Part shown: positions 7,843 to 17,652 of the stretch, piece by piece
Layout: each line of letters opens with the position of its first letter
Position numbering within the stretch: the stretch's first letter is position 1
Source: a virus
Length of the DNA: 64,000 nt
IMG/VR virus record: IMGVR_UViG_3300042520_002054
Location: 32,001 to 96,000 of that record
Strand: one strand, 5' to 3'
Notes under the pieces: generated by a model
The model's input: the letters and a program-made list of their open reading frames with translations, nothing else
Database searches by the model: none
Told to the model about the DNA's origin: nothing
Translations under genes and position numbers: made by a program

Positions 7843-8112
7843 ATGCGTAAGATATCCTATGCTAAAATACCCAATACAGTCGCTTACAATAGCAATATTG
7901 ATTTAGAAGCTAGGATGCTATACGTAATTCTTTCTTGCTTGCAAGGACCTAATGAGTTCTGTTATCCTTCAATACGTTGGATGTCTGAAAAGTGCAATTG
8001 TAAACGCACCAAGATTAGTAGACTTCTTAAAATACTGATAGATAATAATTTAATTGAACGAATGAAAGATCCTGTCGCACGTAAAACAGTTACAAAGGTT
8101 TACAAAATCTAA
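7843..8112 (+). CDS. winged-helix (HTH_36-like) DNA-binding protein
   Basis: EARMLYVIL...CYPSIRWMSEKCNCKRTKISRLLKILIDNNLIER. Confidence 0.7.
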   Translation: MRKISYAKIPNTVAYNSNIDLEARMLYVILSCLQGPNEFCYPSIRWMSEKCNCKRTKISRLLKILIDNNLIERMKDPVARKTVTKVYKI

Positions 8113-8124
8113 CATCCAATATCT

Positions 8125-8577
8125 ATGTCTAAATCACGCGACATTATTAACAAAATTCGTGAACTAATTGATGAAATTCCTGATGGAAGTAATGCTTACA
8201 TCATCACCGTAGTTCATAATGACACTGATGAAGATTGTCCTTCATTCCTAAAAAGTGGCGGTAATACAGAAAGTCTTGCAAAGCTTTCTGAAGTATTGCA
8301 AAGACAAGTAGAGTCTTTAAAAACAAAATTGATTACACAAAGTCTATTTACAGATGCAATGAATCACTTTATGAATGTTTTAGAACCTGAACAAAGAGAT
8401 ATTTTGTTAGAAGGTATGCAAAAACATGCTGATGATGTCATGCGTAAAATCATGTCTGATCTAGGTAATAAACTTGGCGAAGACTCTGACAATGACGATG
8501 ATGATTCAGATAATAAAAATGATAATTCTTCTGGTAAAGACGACTTAGATAATTACTTAAGAGACATCTTTAATTAA
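8125..8577 (+). CDS. acidic hypothetical protein
   Basis: Asp-rich C-terminus. Confidence 0.75.
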   Translation: MSKSRDIINKIRELIDEIPDGSNAYIITVVHNDTDEDCPSFLKSGGNTESLAKLSEVLQRQVESLKTKLITQSLFTDAMNHFMNVLEPEQRDILLEGMQKHADDVMRKIMSDLGNKLGEDSDNDDDDSDNKNDNSSGKDDLDNYLRDIFN

Positions 8578-8583
8578 AAGATT

Positions 8584-9198
8584 ATGGGAGTAGATATTTA
8601 CGGTGTATCACCAAAATTAAATGGTGTTAGACCAGAATTTCCATCTGATGAAGTTTGGGAAACTTTATCTGAAAATGCTCGAAATGAAGTTTTTCAGCAA
8701 ATTCATGAATTTGAAGAAAATAATCCTGGTTATTATTTCCGTAATAACTGGTGGGCATGGAGACCTATTCAGTATTTAATAGTTGGTTTAAATGATAACT
8801 ACGGTTTAGGTTTAACTGACGAACAATGTAAACTACTTGGTGAAAACAGTGGTCTTGTTACTGATGATTCAGAAACATGTAATCGTATAGCAAATGCTTT
8901 AGAAACAGTTATTGCTGATCTTAAAACTGAAGAAATCGATAAAGTCTCAATGTTATCAGGATCATGGAGTGTTAGTACAATATTTAGTGATGGTCGTATT
9001 GGTAGCACATCTGCTAACAAATATGAAATTGATCAACTGAATAATAAATATGGTATTAACCGCTTATCCTTTGAAAAAGAATTCTTTATTGATAGTAAAC
9101 CTGATATTTTTTACGAACCATCTCATACATGCTCTCTGAAAAATATTGAACGGTTCATTGCGTTCTTACGCAATTGTAATGGATTTAAAATCTATTAA
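8584..9198 (+). CDS. conserved phage hypothetical protein
   Basis: MGVDIYG...GYYFRNNWWAWRP...FLRNCNGFKI motifs, recalled from uncharacterised phage proteins. Confidence 0.8.
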   Translation: MGVDIYGVSPKLNGVRPEFPSDEVWETLSENARNEVFQQIHEFEENNPGYYFRNNWWAWRPIQYLIVGLNDNYGLGLTDEQCKLLGENSGLVTDDSETCNRIANALETVIADLKTEEIDKVSMLSGSWSVSTIFSDGRIGSTSANKYEIDQLNNKYGINRLSFEKEFFIDSKPDIFYEPSHTCSLKNIERFIAFLRNCNGFKIY

Positions 9199-9212
9199 AA
9201 AATAACTAACAC

Positions 9213-10556
9213 ATGCAACATCATATTTTATTTAAAGCAGAAGCCAGTTCTGGTGGCGTTAATCTCAAAGTTCTAAACTTTCCAGATATTAAAAAACAAT
9301 TCCCTCATTTTGAAGAAGATACTTTAAAAGTATCTTGCAACTTGGGTAACATTTTACGTTTCCCTGTTCAAACATGGTTTATTTCTACTGTTTCTGAAAC
9401 CCCTGGTGAAGAGATTAATCAATACCAAGTAGCTGGTGAACATCACATTCACATTGCAGATCAAAAAGCATTGTTTCTGAATGATAATGTATTTGTACTT
9501 CCTTCAACTCCGGCAAGCAATCCTACAAGTGCAGAACTTGTATACTTGTTTAACCATATCTTGAAAAGCCAAGATGAATTTAGTGTTCCAGTAGATGAAA
9601 AAGTACGCACGCTTGCTGAATTGTATGCACCTTATGGTTATACAATTGATGTAGATGCTATTCTTAATCCTCCAGTACCTGAAACGATTGAAGAAGCAGT
9701 AGAAATCGGTGGTTCACTACATGACTTTATTAAGTCTAAGTACCCTGTTCCTGATATTAAAAAAGCAGGATTTTCTATTGACGAAGACATCTGGTATTTG
9801 CTAGTTCGTAACGTACTTCGTGGAGAAAATACTCTGATTATCGGACCAACTGGTACTGGTAAAACAGAACTTATCTCTCTATTAGCACAATCTATGGGTT
9901 TACCAATGCATACACAAGACATGGGTACAGTTCAAGATGCACAGTCTGCACTTCTTGGTGTACACCGTCTAAATAGTGATGGTAAAAGTGAATTTGATTA
10001 TGCACCTTTTGTAAATCATATTCAGCAAGAAGGTATTGTTCTCTTGGATGAACTTAACCGTTCACCACTTGCAGCAAACAATATTCTTTTTCCTTGTCTA
10101 GATCGTCGTCGTTATCTACCTGTAGATATTGCTGATTCAGATGCTGACCGTCGTATACCTGTTCACGAAAAGACTATCTTTTTTGCAACAGCTAACCTAG
10201 GTTCAGAGTATTCTGGTACACAGATGATTGACCGTGCATTGCTTGACCGCTTTTTCCCCATCGAGTTGGATTACCCGATCGAAAAAGAAGAAGTACGTGT
10301 TCTTGTAAATCGCACAGGCGTTGATGAGAAAAGTGCAAAAGCTATTGTAAAAGTTGGTAATCAGATTCGTAGGCAGTTTAAAGAACAAGAATTGTCTAAT
10401 GCTATTTCTGTACGTCACACTTTACAAGCTGCTAATCTTGTTAAAGATGGATTTGCTTTAGAAAAAGCTCTTTCAAGTACTATTATGCCACTCTTTGAAG
10501 ATGGTATTGGTGCTAGTGAGCGTAGTAAAGTTAAATCAATTATTGCAGCGTTCTAA
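9213..10556 (+). CDS. MoxR-family (CbbQ/NorQ/CobS-like) AAA+ ATPase
   Basis: Walker A GPTGTGKT, Walker B LLDELNR, FATAN, ALLDRF; followed by a vWA gene. Confidence 0.9.
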   Translation: MQHHILFKAEASSGGVNLKVLNFPDIKKQFPHFEEDTLKVSCNLGNILRFPVQTWFISTVSETPGEEINQYQVAGEHHIHIADQKALFLNDNVFVLPSTPASNPTSAELVYLFNHILKSQDEFSVPVDEKVRTLAELYAPYGYTIDVDAILNPPVPETIEEAVEIGGSLHDFIKSKYPVPDIKKAGFSIDEDIWYLLVRNVLRGENTLIIGPTGTGKTELISLLAQSMGLPMHTQDMGTVQDAQSALLGVHRLNSDGKSEFDYAPFVNHIQQEGIVLLDELNRSPLAANNILFPCLDRRRYLPVDIADSDADRRIPVHEKTIFFATANLGSEYSGTQMIDRALLDRFFPIELDYPIEKEEVRVLVNRTGVDEKSAKAIVKVGNQIRRQFKEQELSNAISVRHTLQAANLVKDGFALEKALSSTIMPLFEDGIGASERSKVKSIIAAF

Positions 10557-10567
10557 ATTGTTTAATT

Positions 10568-12478
10568 ATGGGTTTCAGAGATTGGTTTAACCGAAAAGAA
10601 GAGAATAATTACTCTTATTATGACAGTTCCCGCAGATTAATATCTTGGGATACAGGTTACAAAAACTATTCTGACTTCCTTGTTGACTCTAAGCGTGGTA
10701 AAAAAGGTATTCAAGATGTTGCAAGTATTTTGAATTCTATGTTGCGTGTTATGGGTGTCTCAAAAGACACCCATTTCACCGGCAAATTAGATGGTAGTAG
10801 TAGAAAACTACAGCTTCCTATTAACTTACTACGAAATAAAGAAACTGGGAATCTTGACATTACTGGTGAACGTGTAGATGCTTTTTATGGTAAAAGTGTC
10901 TTAAATGCGTCATTACAGGGTATGACAAGTACTGACAAACTGCAATACGTAAACGCTGTTGCAAAAGCAAAAAAGAATGGTGATTTACAATCAATGATCC
11001 GTGTTCTTTTAGATGACGAACGTATTCATAGAGAGCTGTCTGAAAATTATCCGGGGTACAGCAAGTTTGCTCAAAAGTATAAAGAACATATATATGAAGG
11101 TGCTGAAAGTTGGTTAGCTAAACCGGCGTCTACAGAACTTGAAGAAGTTGTTCAGCTTTTGACAATGCTTATTCGTTATCCTAAAGATGTTCCATCTGAA
11201 CTTTTAGAAAAATATTCAAAACTTGTAGATTATTTGCAAAGAATATTTAACAAGTTTGACGGTATTCCTAAAACAGCAGAAGAAACTGATAAACTTACTA
11301 AAGCTATCTACAATACTGTAATCAAATATGTAGATGAATCTACACCTCCTCCTTCGACATCTCCTGATGATAAAGGTGAGAGTGAAGACGATTCTTCAGA
11401 TGATGGTGATGGTAGTGATGAATCAGATTCAGAAGACGGTAAAGATCCTTCAGATAAACGCAAAGAAACAAGACGTCGTAGAACTTCTTTAAGTAAAGAT
11501 TTTGCATCTGCTGTTAAAGATGTTTATTCAGAACTTGTTGAAGAATCAACAACAACTGAAGAAGATCATAAAAACGAAGAAGTAGCTAAAACTATTACTG
11601 ATGAGATAAAAAAAGCGGAAGACGCAAGTAAATTTATGAGTCCAAAAGATGATAAAGAACTTGAAAAATCCGGTATACATTTTATTGTACCTGAAGGTGA
11701 TGCTAAACAGTATAACAGCATCAAATCTAGAGTTGATATGACAAAGGCTCAGGTACTTAAAAAGTTGCTTTCTCGTAAAAGTAAAGATTATGACTTTACT
11801 TTAAAATCTATGCGTTCAGGTCGTCTTGACACTAATAAAATTGCTGAAGCTGTTCAGCATGTTCCTACTATCTATGAAAGAATAGGACATGTTAAAACAG
11901 ACAAAATTTGTATTGGTGTACTCATTGATGAGTCTGGTTCTATGTGTGGTAGCGAAATTGAAAAAGCAAAAGAAGCTGCTGTGTTTATTAACGAAGCATT
12001 GGGTAAACTACCTGATGTAGAACTTTTTATTTACGGGCATTCTGCTGATCAAAAAAGTCATCGCAGTACAGAAATCTATACTTATCGTGAACCTGGTAAA
12101 TCATTATCTCCACATGCATTAGGTAGCTGTCGTGCTAGATGTGAAAATCGTGATGGTGTTGCTATTTTAGAAACTGCAAAGCGTATAAGAAAATTCACAA
12201 ATAACAACGGTGTATTATTTGTTTTATCAGATGGTGCACCTGCTGCTTCTGGATATGGTGGTGGATTTGGTATTCGAGATACTAAAGAGAAAGTTAACCA
12301 GGTTGAAAAGACTATGGGCTTTCAGGTAATTCAAATTGCTATAAACAATCATGTACCTTCTGAAGAAATGTTTAATCATTTTGTTAAAATGACTGACATC
12401 AAAAGATTACCTATTGATATGGTAAATTATCTGTCTAAACATATTAATCGTTTGGTTAAAGAAAAGTACACAATGTAA
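10568..12478 (+). CDS. vWA-domain partner protein (CobT/NorD/CbbO-like)
   Basis: SGRLD, MIDAS DESGS, ENRDG and LSDG motifs; acidic linker. Confidence 0.85.
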   Translation: MGFRDWFNRKEENNYSYYDSSRRLISWDTGYKNYSDFLVDSKRGKKGIQDVASILNSMLRVMGVSKDTHFTGKLDGSSRKLQLPINLLRNKETGNLDITGERVDAFYGKSVLNASLQGMTSTDKLQYVNAVAKAKKNGDLQSMIRVLLDDERIHRELSENYPGYSKFAQKYKEHIYEGAESWLAKPASTELEEVVQLLTMLIRYPKDVPSELLEKYSKLVDYLQRIFNKFDGIPKTAEETDKLTKAIYNTVIKYVDESTPPPSTSPDDKGESEDDSSDDGDGSDESDSEDGKDPSDKRKETRRRRTSLSKDFASAVKDVYSELVEESTTTEEDHKNEEVAKTITDEIKKAEDASKFMSPKDDKELEKSGIHFIVPEGDAKQYNSIKSRVDMTKAQVLKKLLSRKSKDYDFTLKSMRSGRLDTNKIAEAVQHVPTIYERIGHVKTDKICIGVLIDESGSMCGSEIEKAKEAAVFINEALGKLPDVELFIYGHSADQKSHRSTEIYTYREPGKSLSPHALGSCRARCENRDGVAILETAKRIRKFTNNNGVLFVLSDGAPAASGYGGGFGIRDTKEKVNQVEKTMGFQVIQIAINNHVPSEEMFNHFVKMTDIKRLPIDMVNYLSKHINRLVKEKYTM

Positions 12479-12481
12479 TTA

Positions 12482-12507
12482 AACCCCGGATGTAAAAGTC
12501 CGGGGTT
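12482..12507 (+). terminator. hairpin, probable terminator
   Basis: AACCCCGGA-TGTAAAAG-TCCGGGGTT. Confidence 0.6.
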
Positions 12508-12522
12508 ATAATTTTTAAAACT

Positions 12523-13005
12523 ATGCCATACAATCAATTTCTTGGTGTTGCTGGAGTAGACTCTGGACAACTCCTTATTTGCGATCCCTGCTACATTGAT
12601 AGCGAATGGGAAAAAGAAGACTTTTTAGACATCCGATTCTACAAACATAAAACATCGGGTGAAACTTTGCAGTACAGAGTAGATTTTAGAAACTACGAAG
12701 AACCTATTGCTAAGTATGATAACAAAACTATGAATCAACTTTTAGAAACATCTGAATGGGAACAGCAGGATGCTTTTGAAGTGGAAAATGAGTTTAGTTA
12801 TAATGCATGTGCAAAAAATACTTTGTCAGAAGATGGTTTCGGACAATTGAACTACAAACTAGGTCATCCTGGTGTAGGAGTTGTATTTAGCACAACTATA
12901 GGTGATGGAATGTATCCTGTATTTGGAAGTTTTAATGATGACGGAACTTTATTAAGTGTTACTATTAAAATTACTGAAGATTATGACGAATCCGAAGAAT
13001 TTTGA
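12523..13005 (+). CDS. DUF4241-like hypothetical protein
   Basis: VDSGQLLICDPCY and GDGMYPV motifs. Confidence 0.65.
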   Translation: MPYNQFLGVAGVDSGQLLICDPCYIDSEWEKEDFLDIRFYKHKTSGETLQYRVDFRNYEEPIAKYDNKTMNQLLETSEWEQQDAFEVENEFSYNACAKNTLSEDGFGQLNYKLGHPGVGVVFSTTIGDGMYPVFGSFNDDGTLLSVTIKITEDYDESEEF

Positions 13006-13408
13006 TATTAATCGTCAACTGGTTTATAATGCTGTTCGATGCTTAAACTGTAATGAAGTATTAGTTTCTTATCACCGTCATGATTATAAAACATGCAAAT
13101 GTGAAAATCATAGCATGGTTGACGGTGGTAATGATTATCAACGTTATGGTGGTGTTGATTTAGAAAAGGTAGAAACTATATTTTATTTTGCTGATGATGA
13201 TTTTGAAATTGTCAGAAAACACGCTCAGCGTGGTGGTCGAGGTAAAGATGGTACGCAACCTTTAAAATGGGTTCCTATTTGTGAAATGAATGACAATTGG
13301 TTAAACGCTGTATTAGACTATGGTGGTGCTGAATGGCATTTAGATCTTATTAAAAAAGAAATCCAATACCGAAAAGATCACAATATAACTATCAAAGAAG
13401 ATGAATAA
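12983..13408 (+). CDS. Zn-ribbon phage protein
   Basis: CLNC...HRHDYKTCKC...VDGG. Confidence 0.75.
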   Translation: MTNPKNFDINRQLVYNAVRCLNCNEVLVSYHRHDYKTCKCENHSMVDGGNDYQRYGGVDLEKVETIFYFADDDFEIVRKHAQRGGRGKDGTQPLKWVPICEMNDNWLNAVLDYGGAEWHLDLIKKEIQYRKDHNITIKEDE

Positions 13409-13673
13409 AACCAACATTAACATCGACAAAAGACCTTATGGTCAAACAACTTATCACTCTGGTACATATGTTATTGGAGGTATTTTATGGGAAGACGAAT
13501 ATCAACCAGATGAAGTATTTCCATTTACGGTAGAGATTCATCATGACTTAGATAATTCTCTATTTGAAGTAGGTAAAATAGAATGGCAGGACGGAATTAA
13601 ACCTGCTAACTATGAAACTATACAAGAAACTATTGTAAATAATCTTTACAACCAGCAAAAAACAGTTTTATGA
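13401..13673 (+). CDS. hypothetical protein
   Basis: Coupled ORF. Confidence 0.65.
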   Translation: MNKTNINIDKRPYGQTTYHSGTYVIGGILWEDEYQPDEVFPFTVEIHHDLDNSLFEVGKIEWQDGIKPANYETIQETIVNNLYNQQKTVL

Positions 13674-14527
13674 AAACATTGGAGAGGAAGTCTATGTTAA
13701 TTCGTGAGAGCGGAAGAAGCACAGACTTCATCTCTCCGAGTTTTGGACACGGTTGTTTATTCAACTGTACGTATTGCTATATGAAACGTCATAAACCAGA
13801 AGGTTTAGATGTAGCTAAAAATACAGGTGATATTCTTACAGCAATCAACAATCATGCTTGGTTTGCTAGTGTAGATAAACCTAATCAAACACATAAGGAG
13901 TATATCACATACGATATCTCTTGTAATGAAGACTTTGCTCTTCATTTAAAGTATCATAACTGGTTAAAAATATTTGATTTTTTTAAAGATCATCCGAGAG
14001 CTATGGGTTCTTTTGCTACAAAGTATGTAAACAAAGAACTTCTTGACTATAACTCTGAAGAAAAAATAAGAATCAGATTTAGTCTTATACCTCAAAAATA
14101 TGCTGACCAGTTAGAACCAAACACTTCTAAAATAATTGATAGAATAAGAGCTATTAATGAATTTATAGAAGCTGGATACGATGTACATATAAACTTTAGT
14201 CCTGTTATTGTAACTGATGATTGGCTTTATCAATACAGACTTTTATTTGAAGGAGTAGATGCTTTAGTAGATATAAAGTATAAAGATAAAGTCAAAGCAG
14301 AAGTAATTTTTCTTACTCATAATACGAATAAGCATCATTACAATGTACAACATCAACTTACAGGTGAAGACCTTATATGGAATCCTAGTATTCAAGAAGA
14401 TAAAGTTTCCCAATATGGTGGAACTAATCTCAGGTATAAATACAATTTAAAATCCAGGTATATTGATGAGTTTATAAAACTACACGATGAAATAATACCT
14501 TGGAATACAATAAGATATATTTTCTAA
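13670..14527 (+). CDS. spore photoproduct lyase-like radical SAM protein
   Basis: CxxxCxxC (GCLFNCTYCY), DISCNED, SFATK, RIRFSL, VHINFSP. Confidence 0.8.
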   Translation: MKTLERKSMLIRESGRSTDFISPSFGHGCLFNCTYCYMKRHKPEGLDVAKNTGDILTAINNHAWFASVDKPNQTHKEYITYDISCNEDFALHLKYHNWLKIFDFFKDHPRAMGSFATKYVNKELLDYNSEEKIRIRFSLIPQKYADQLEPNTSKIIDRIRAINEFIEAGYDVHINFSPVIVTDDWLYQYRLLFEGVDALVDIKYKDKVKAEVIFLTHNTNKHHYNVQHQLTGEDLIWNPSIQEDKVSQYGGTNLRYKYNLKSRYIDEFIKLHDEIIPWNTIRYIF

Positions 14528-14529
14528 TC

Positions 14530-14910
14530 ATGAGTCATCCATTACATCACAGTATTAGCTCAGTTAAAAAATATGGTGGAAGTATAGAAGACTATCTACC
14601 AATACATAACTGGTTTGATGAGACTAAAGCTCATTATCCAGATATGAGACACCGTGCTTTACGTCATCACTCAGAAGGTATATTCTGGTGCGAAGAAAAG
14701 TTTGGTGTTTATATTACTAATTCAGATGGTAAAATGGTACCTGTACGTGCTATCGGTGAACAGCATTGTATGGAAGACATTGGTTTTATACCTACAATTA
14801 AAGACTATTTAGATAATATGTCTCAAATAGGTTGGATGTATAAACCCGGTGAAGGTCGTAAAATGTTAAAAACAATTACAGAAGAAAAATTAGATTATGT
14901 CAGCAACTGA
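14530..14910 (+). CDS. His-rich DUF6915-like protein
   Basis: HPLHHSISSVKKYGG, IHNWFDETK, RHRALRHH, EQHCMED. Confidence 0.75.
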   Translation: MSHPLHHSISSVKKYGGSIEDYLPIHNWFDETKAHYPDMRHRALRHHSEGIFWCEEKFGVYITNSDGKMVPVRAIGEQHCMEDIGFIPTIKDYLDNMSQIGWMYKPGEGRKMLKTITEEKLDYVSN

Positions 14911-15604
14911 AAAAAATTTTAAAATCTCAGATGTAATGACTTGGTTAGATGAAAAATCATCTCAAGGTCATGAAATTGAACTCTGCTGGGAAGGCGGTGG
15001 AGACAGTGGTTGGGTTTATTTCCAAATAGATGGAGAACAAGCTAATTCAGAACCAATCATTGACTGGTTAGTAGATAAAATGTATAGCATTTTAGATTAT
15101 GGTTCATGGGCTGGTGAATTTTCAGCAAATGGTACTGCGATATATGATCCTGCAACTAAGTGCTTTGAAGGAACTGATTACTATTCTGAAGATGAAACTA
15201 TGAGTTTTGATTGTAATTTTTCAATTAACATCCCTAAAAAGTTAGCATTTGAAGAATTAATTATTGAAGTTCAAGGTTCATTCGATGAAGGTCTTCCAGA
15301 AGTTGTTCCATCATATGTGATCAGGAATGGTTTTACTACTAAAGAGTATGACAATTTTGAAAACAAATTGACGCAAGAGTTACCTAATATACTAGAAAAC
15401 AATCTTAATTCAGGTGATTATGATCCTGATGATATGCGGTATTGGAACACTACACTAAACATTGATCCAAAAGAATGTACTGTTAGTGAAGACAATCAGT
15501 TTATTGTTTACAATAATAAATATGTTGAGATTTCAGTAACTAGCACTGATGAAAAAGGTATTGTATTAGATTTAAACGATTATACAGATGACGACTGTGA
15601 ATAA
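14897..15604 (+). CDS. acidic DUF6878-like protein
   Basis: WEGGGDSG motif; lies directly after the DUF6915-like gene. Confidence 0.6.
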   Translation: MSATEKNFKISDVMTWLDEKSSQGHEIELCWEGGGDSGWVYFQIDGEQANSEPIIDWLVDKMYSILDYGSWAGEFSANGTAIYDPATKCFEGTDYYSEDETMSFDCNFSINIPKKLAFEELIIEVQGSFDEGLPEVVPSYVIRNGFTTKEYDNFENKLTQELPNILENNLNSGDYDPDDMRYWNTTLNIDPKECTVSEDNQFIVYNNKYVEISVTSTDEKGIVLDLNDYTDDDCE

Positions 15605-16337
15605 TTTAGAACAACACAACTTTATTGTAGAAAATGTACCGGGCTTTTCATTTATGACTGCAGCTCGTGCATGGAAAACTAAATATGAAGATTATGCCGA
15701 GTTTCAAAATACTGTAATTACTAATGAATCTTACAATGAACTTGCAGAAGTTATGCATGAAATGTGGGATTCATTACCTGTATTAACAGTAGCTGAAGCT
15801 TTACAAGAATCTAACACTGAAAAACGTAGGGTTTATTTCAACGCTATAGGTGTTATTAAACTATTTAAAGAACTTGAACCTGAACTTCTTGATCGTCAAG
15901 AAATTGAAAAAGAAAGACAGCGTTGGGATTTAGATAATGCTCCTTATACTCATAAGTTTAAAGACATATACGAGCTTTACAGAATTCCTGCTGAAAAACT
16001 TTATGCAGGTGCTCAGTCTCGATTTGGTAGAACTAGTTTAGAAAATTCTAATGATGCTTTTGCAGTTCGCTGCTGGTGCACTACAACTAATCGTGAATAT
16101 TGGTTGTATGTTCCAAGAGAAGCTGCATTGGGATCAGAGTGGTGGAGAAAAGAAGATACTAAACCAGATGCTATTAGAGCTATTGCATGGACTATTCGAG
16201 TAGATCACAATAATCTTGAAAGAATTTACCGACAAGGTGATATAATTGTTGTGAAGCTATCAGATAAGTCAGAAAAGGTCCGACCTTATCATCTTTCAAA
16301 AGAAGATTATCTCTCATTAATGTATTCAGAAACTTGA
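15588..16337 (+). CDS. DUF6745-like protein with C-terminal RQGD motif
   Basis: NTEKRRV, VRCWCTTTNREYWLYVP, AIAWT, YRQGD. Confidence 0.65.
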   Translation: MTTVNNLEQHNFIVENVPGFSFMTAARAWKTKYEDYAEFQNTVITNESYNELAEVMHEMWDSLPVLTVAEALQESNTEKRRVYFNAIGVIKLFKELEPELLDRQEIEKERQRWDLDNAPYTHKFKDIYELYRIPAEKLYAGAQSRFGRTSLENSNDAFAVRCWCTTTNREYWLYVPREAALGSEWWRKEDTKPDAIRAIAWTIRVDHNNLERIYRQGDIIVVKLSDKSEKVRPYHLSKEDYLSLMYSET

Positions 16338-16342
16338 TAATT

Positions 16343-16483
16343 ATGGAAGAACTTATTCCCGAACATATAATTGTTCCTGTCTATTATTTTATCGATGAAG
16401 ATGGTAAAGCTCATTTCGATATAGATGAAATGAGTGATTACTTTGCTAACGAAATTGATAAACTTGAAAAAATCAATAATTAA
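16343..16483 (+). CDS. small acidic protein (46 aa)
   Basis: MEELIPEHIIVPVYYFIDEDGKAHFDIDEMSDYFANEIDKLEKINN, read by eye; fills the intergenic gap. Confidence 0.55.
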   Translation: MEELIPEHIIVPVYYFIDEDGKAHFDIDEMSDYFANEIDKLEKINN

Positions 16484-16503
16484 TGGTACAAAAATTTCAA
16501 TTT

Positions 16504-16794
16504 ATGAAACAATCTAAAAATTATCAGTCTTCAGCAAAACGTATTGTTTTGGGTGAAGGTGAAGTTGTAGGTCACAAGCACGTACTGGAATCACTAAAAG
16601 CGATTTCATTTACAGAAAACGGTGAAACTGAGTCATGGAATAGTATTCCATCAATTGATTTCTTGCTTGAAGGTACTGGTGTTCTTACTCATGATGAGCA
16701 TGATCGAATGGTATTTGAAAGTGGTAACTATGTTAGTTACAATCAAGTAGAATTTAACCCTTTTGACCAAACTATTTCTAGAGTATTTGATTGA
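16504..16794 (+). CDS. small His-motif beta-strand protein
   Basis: LGEGEVVGHKH, THDEH, QVEFNP. Confidence 0.7.
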   Translation: MKQSKNYQSSAKRIVLGEGEVVGHKHVLESLKAISFTENGETESWNSIPSIDFLLEGTGVLTHDEHDRMVFESGNYVSYNQVEFNPFDQTISRVFD

Positions 16795-16801
16795 TTAAAA
16801 A

Positions 16802-16830
16802 GGGGTGGTGTAAAAGCCACCCCAATTTTA
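16802..16830 (+). terminator. hairpin, probable terminator
   Basis: GGGGTGG-TGTAAAAG-CCACCCC; same loop as the 12482 hairpin. Confidence 0.6.
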
Positions 16831-16834
16831 AACT

Positions 16835-17044
16835 ATGTTTGAAATTGTTAAACTATCTAAAAAGCTTACACCGCAAGAAATGGCAGATGATTACATAATC
16901 CGACACGGTGAAGCAGCATATGCTCAATTTGCAACTGTTGTTAACTTCCTAGAAGTTAGTCAAGCAACAAGCATGGAATATTTCTATGAGGTAAAAAACA
17001 TCATAAAAGAGCGACAAAGTTCTCCAAATAGAGTATATTTGTAG
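16835..17044 (+). CDS. hypothetical protein
   Basis: ORF. Confidence 0.65.
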   Translation: MFEIVKLSKKLTPQEMADDYIIRHGEAAYAQFATVVNFLEVSQATSMEYFYEVKNIIKERQSSPNRVYL

Positions 17045-17082
17045 ACCTTAATAATCTTTTTTGTGAAAAAATCACAATAATC

Positions 17083-17346
17083 ATGATATATAGTAATCAT
17101 ACTCCAAAACCTACTGAAATAACTATTAGTCATCACGGTACAAAAGTTACTGTAGAACTACCCTGGGATTCTAGTTTAGATGAAGTCTATAACGCGCTTC
17201 GTGGTCTTTTAATCACAGTCGGATGGTCTGATTCACAAGTTGATAGTGAAATCTTGTCTCAAGCTGAATATGTAAATGAGAAAATTTCATATAAAGAAGG
17301 TGAAGATTTACTAAACAATGAAGAAGCTTCTGACGATAATGATTAA
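17083..17346 (+). CDS. hypothetical protein
   Basis: ORF. Confidence 0.7.
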   Translation: MIYSNHTPKPTEITISHHGTKVTVELPWDSSLDEVYNALRGLLITVGWSDSQVDSEILSQAEYVNEKISYKEGEDLLNNEEASDDND

Positions 17347-17409
17347 AGTTTAATTTTTTTTCAATAATTGTACTAATAGTACATAATTCAGCAAAAATTT
17401 AAACCAATA

Positions 17410-17649
17410 ATGTTAAGTAATACTAACTGTCATCACTGTATTCATTCTAAAAAGAATACAGAATACAATTCCGCACATATACATTGTAAACTTTACTGGT
17501 CGTATTATAAAAAACAGAAATACTCACATCCTAAAGCAGGGGAACATGCTATAAAAAATGGATGGTGGGATTTTCCATACGACTATGATCCTATTTGGAT
17601 GGAAAACGATTGTAATCATTTTGAAGAAAAACCTAAAACAAATATTTAA
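17410..17649 (+). CDS. Cys/His-rich small protein
   Basis: CHHC...HIHC...GWWDFPYDYDP...C. Confidence 0.65.
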   Translation: MLSNTNCHHCIHSKKNTEYNSAHIHCKLYWSYYKKQKYSHPKAGEHAIKNGWWDFPYDYDPIWMENDCNHFEEKPKTNI

Positions 17650-17652
17650 GTC

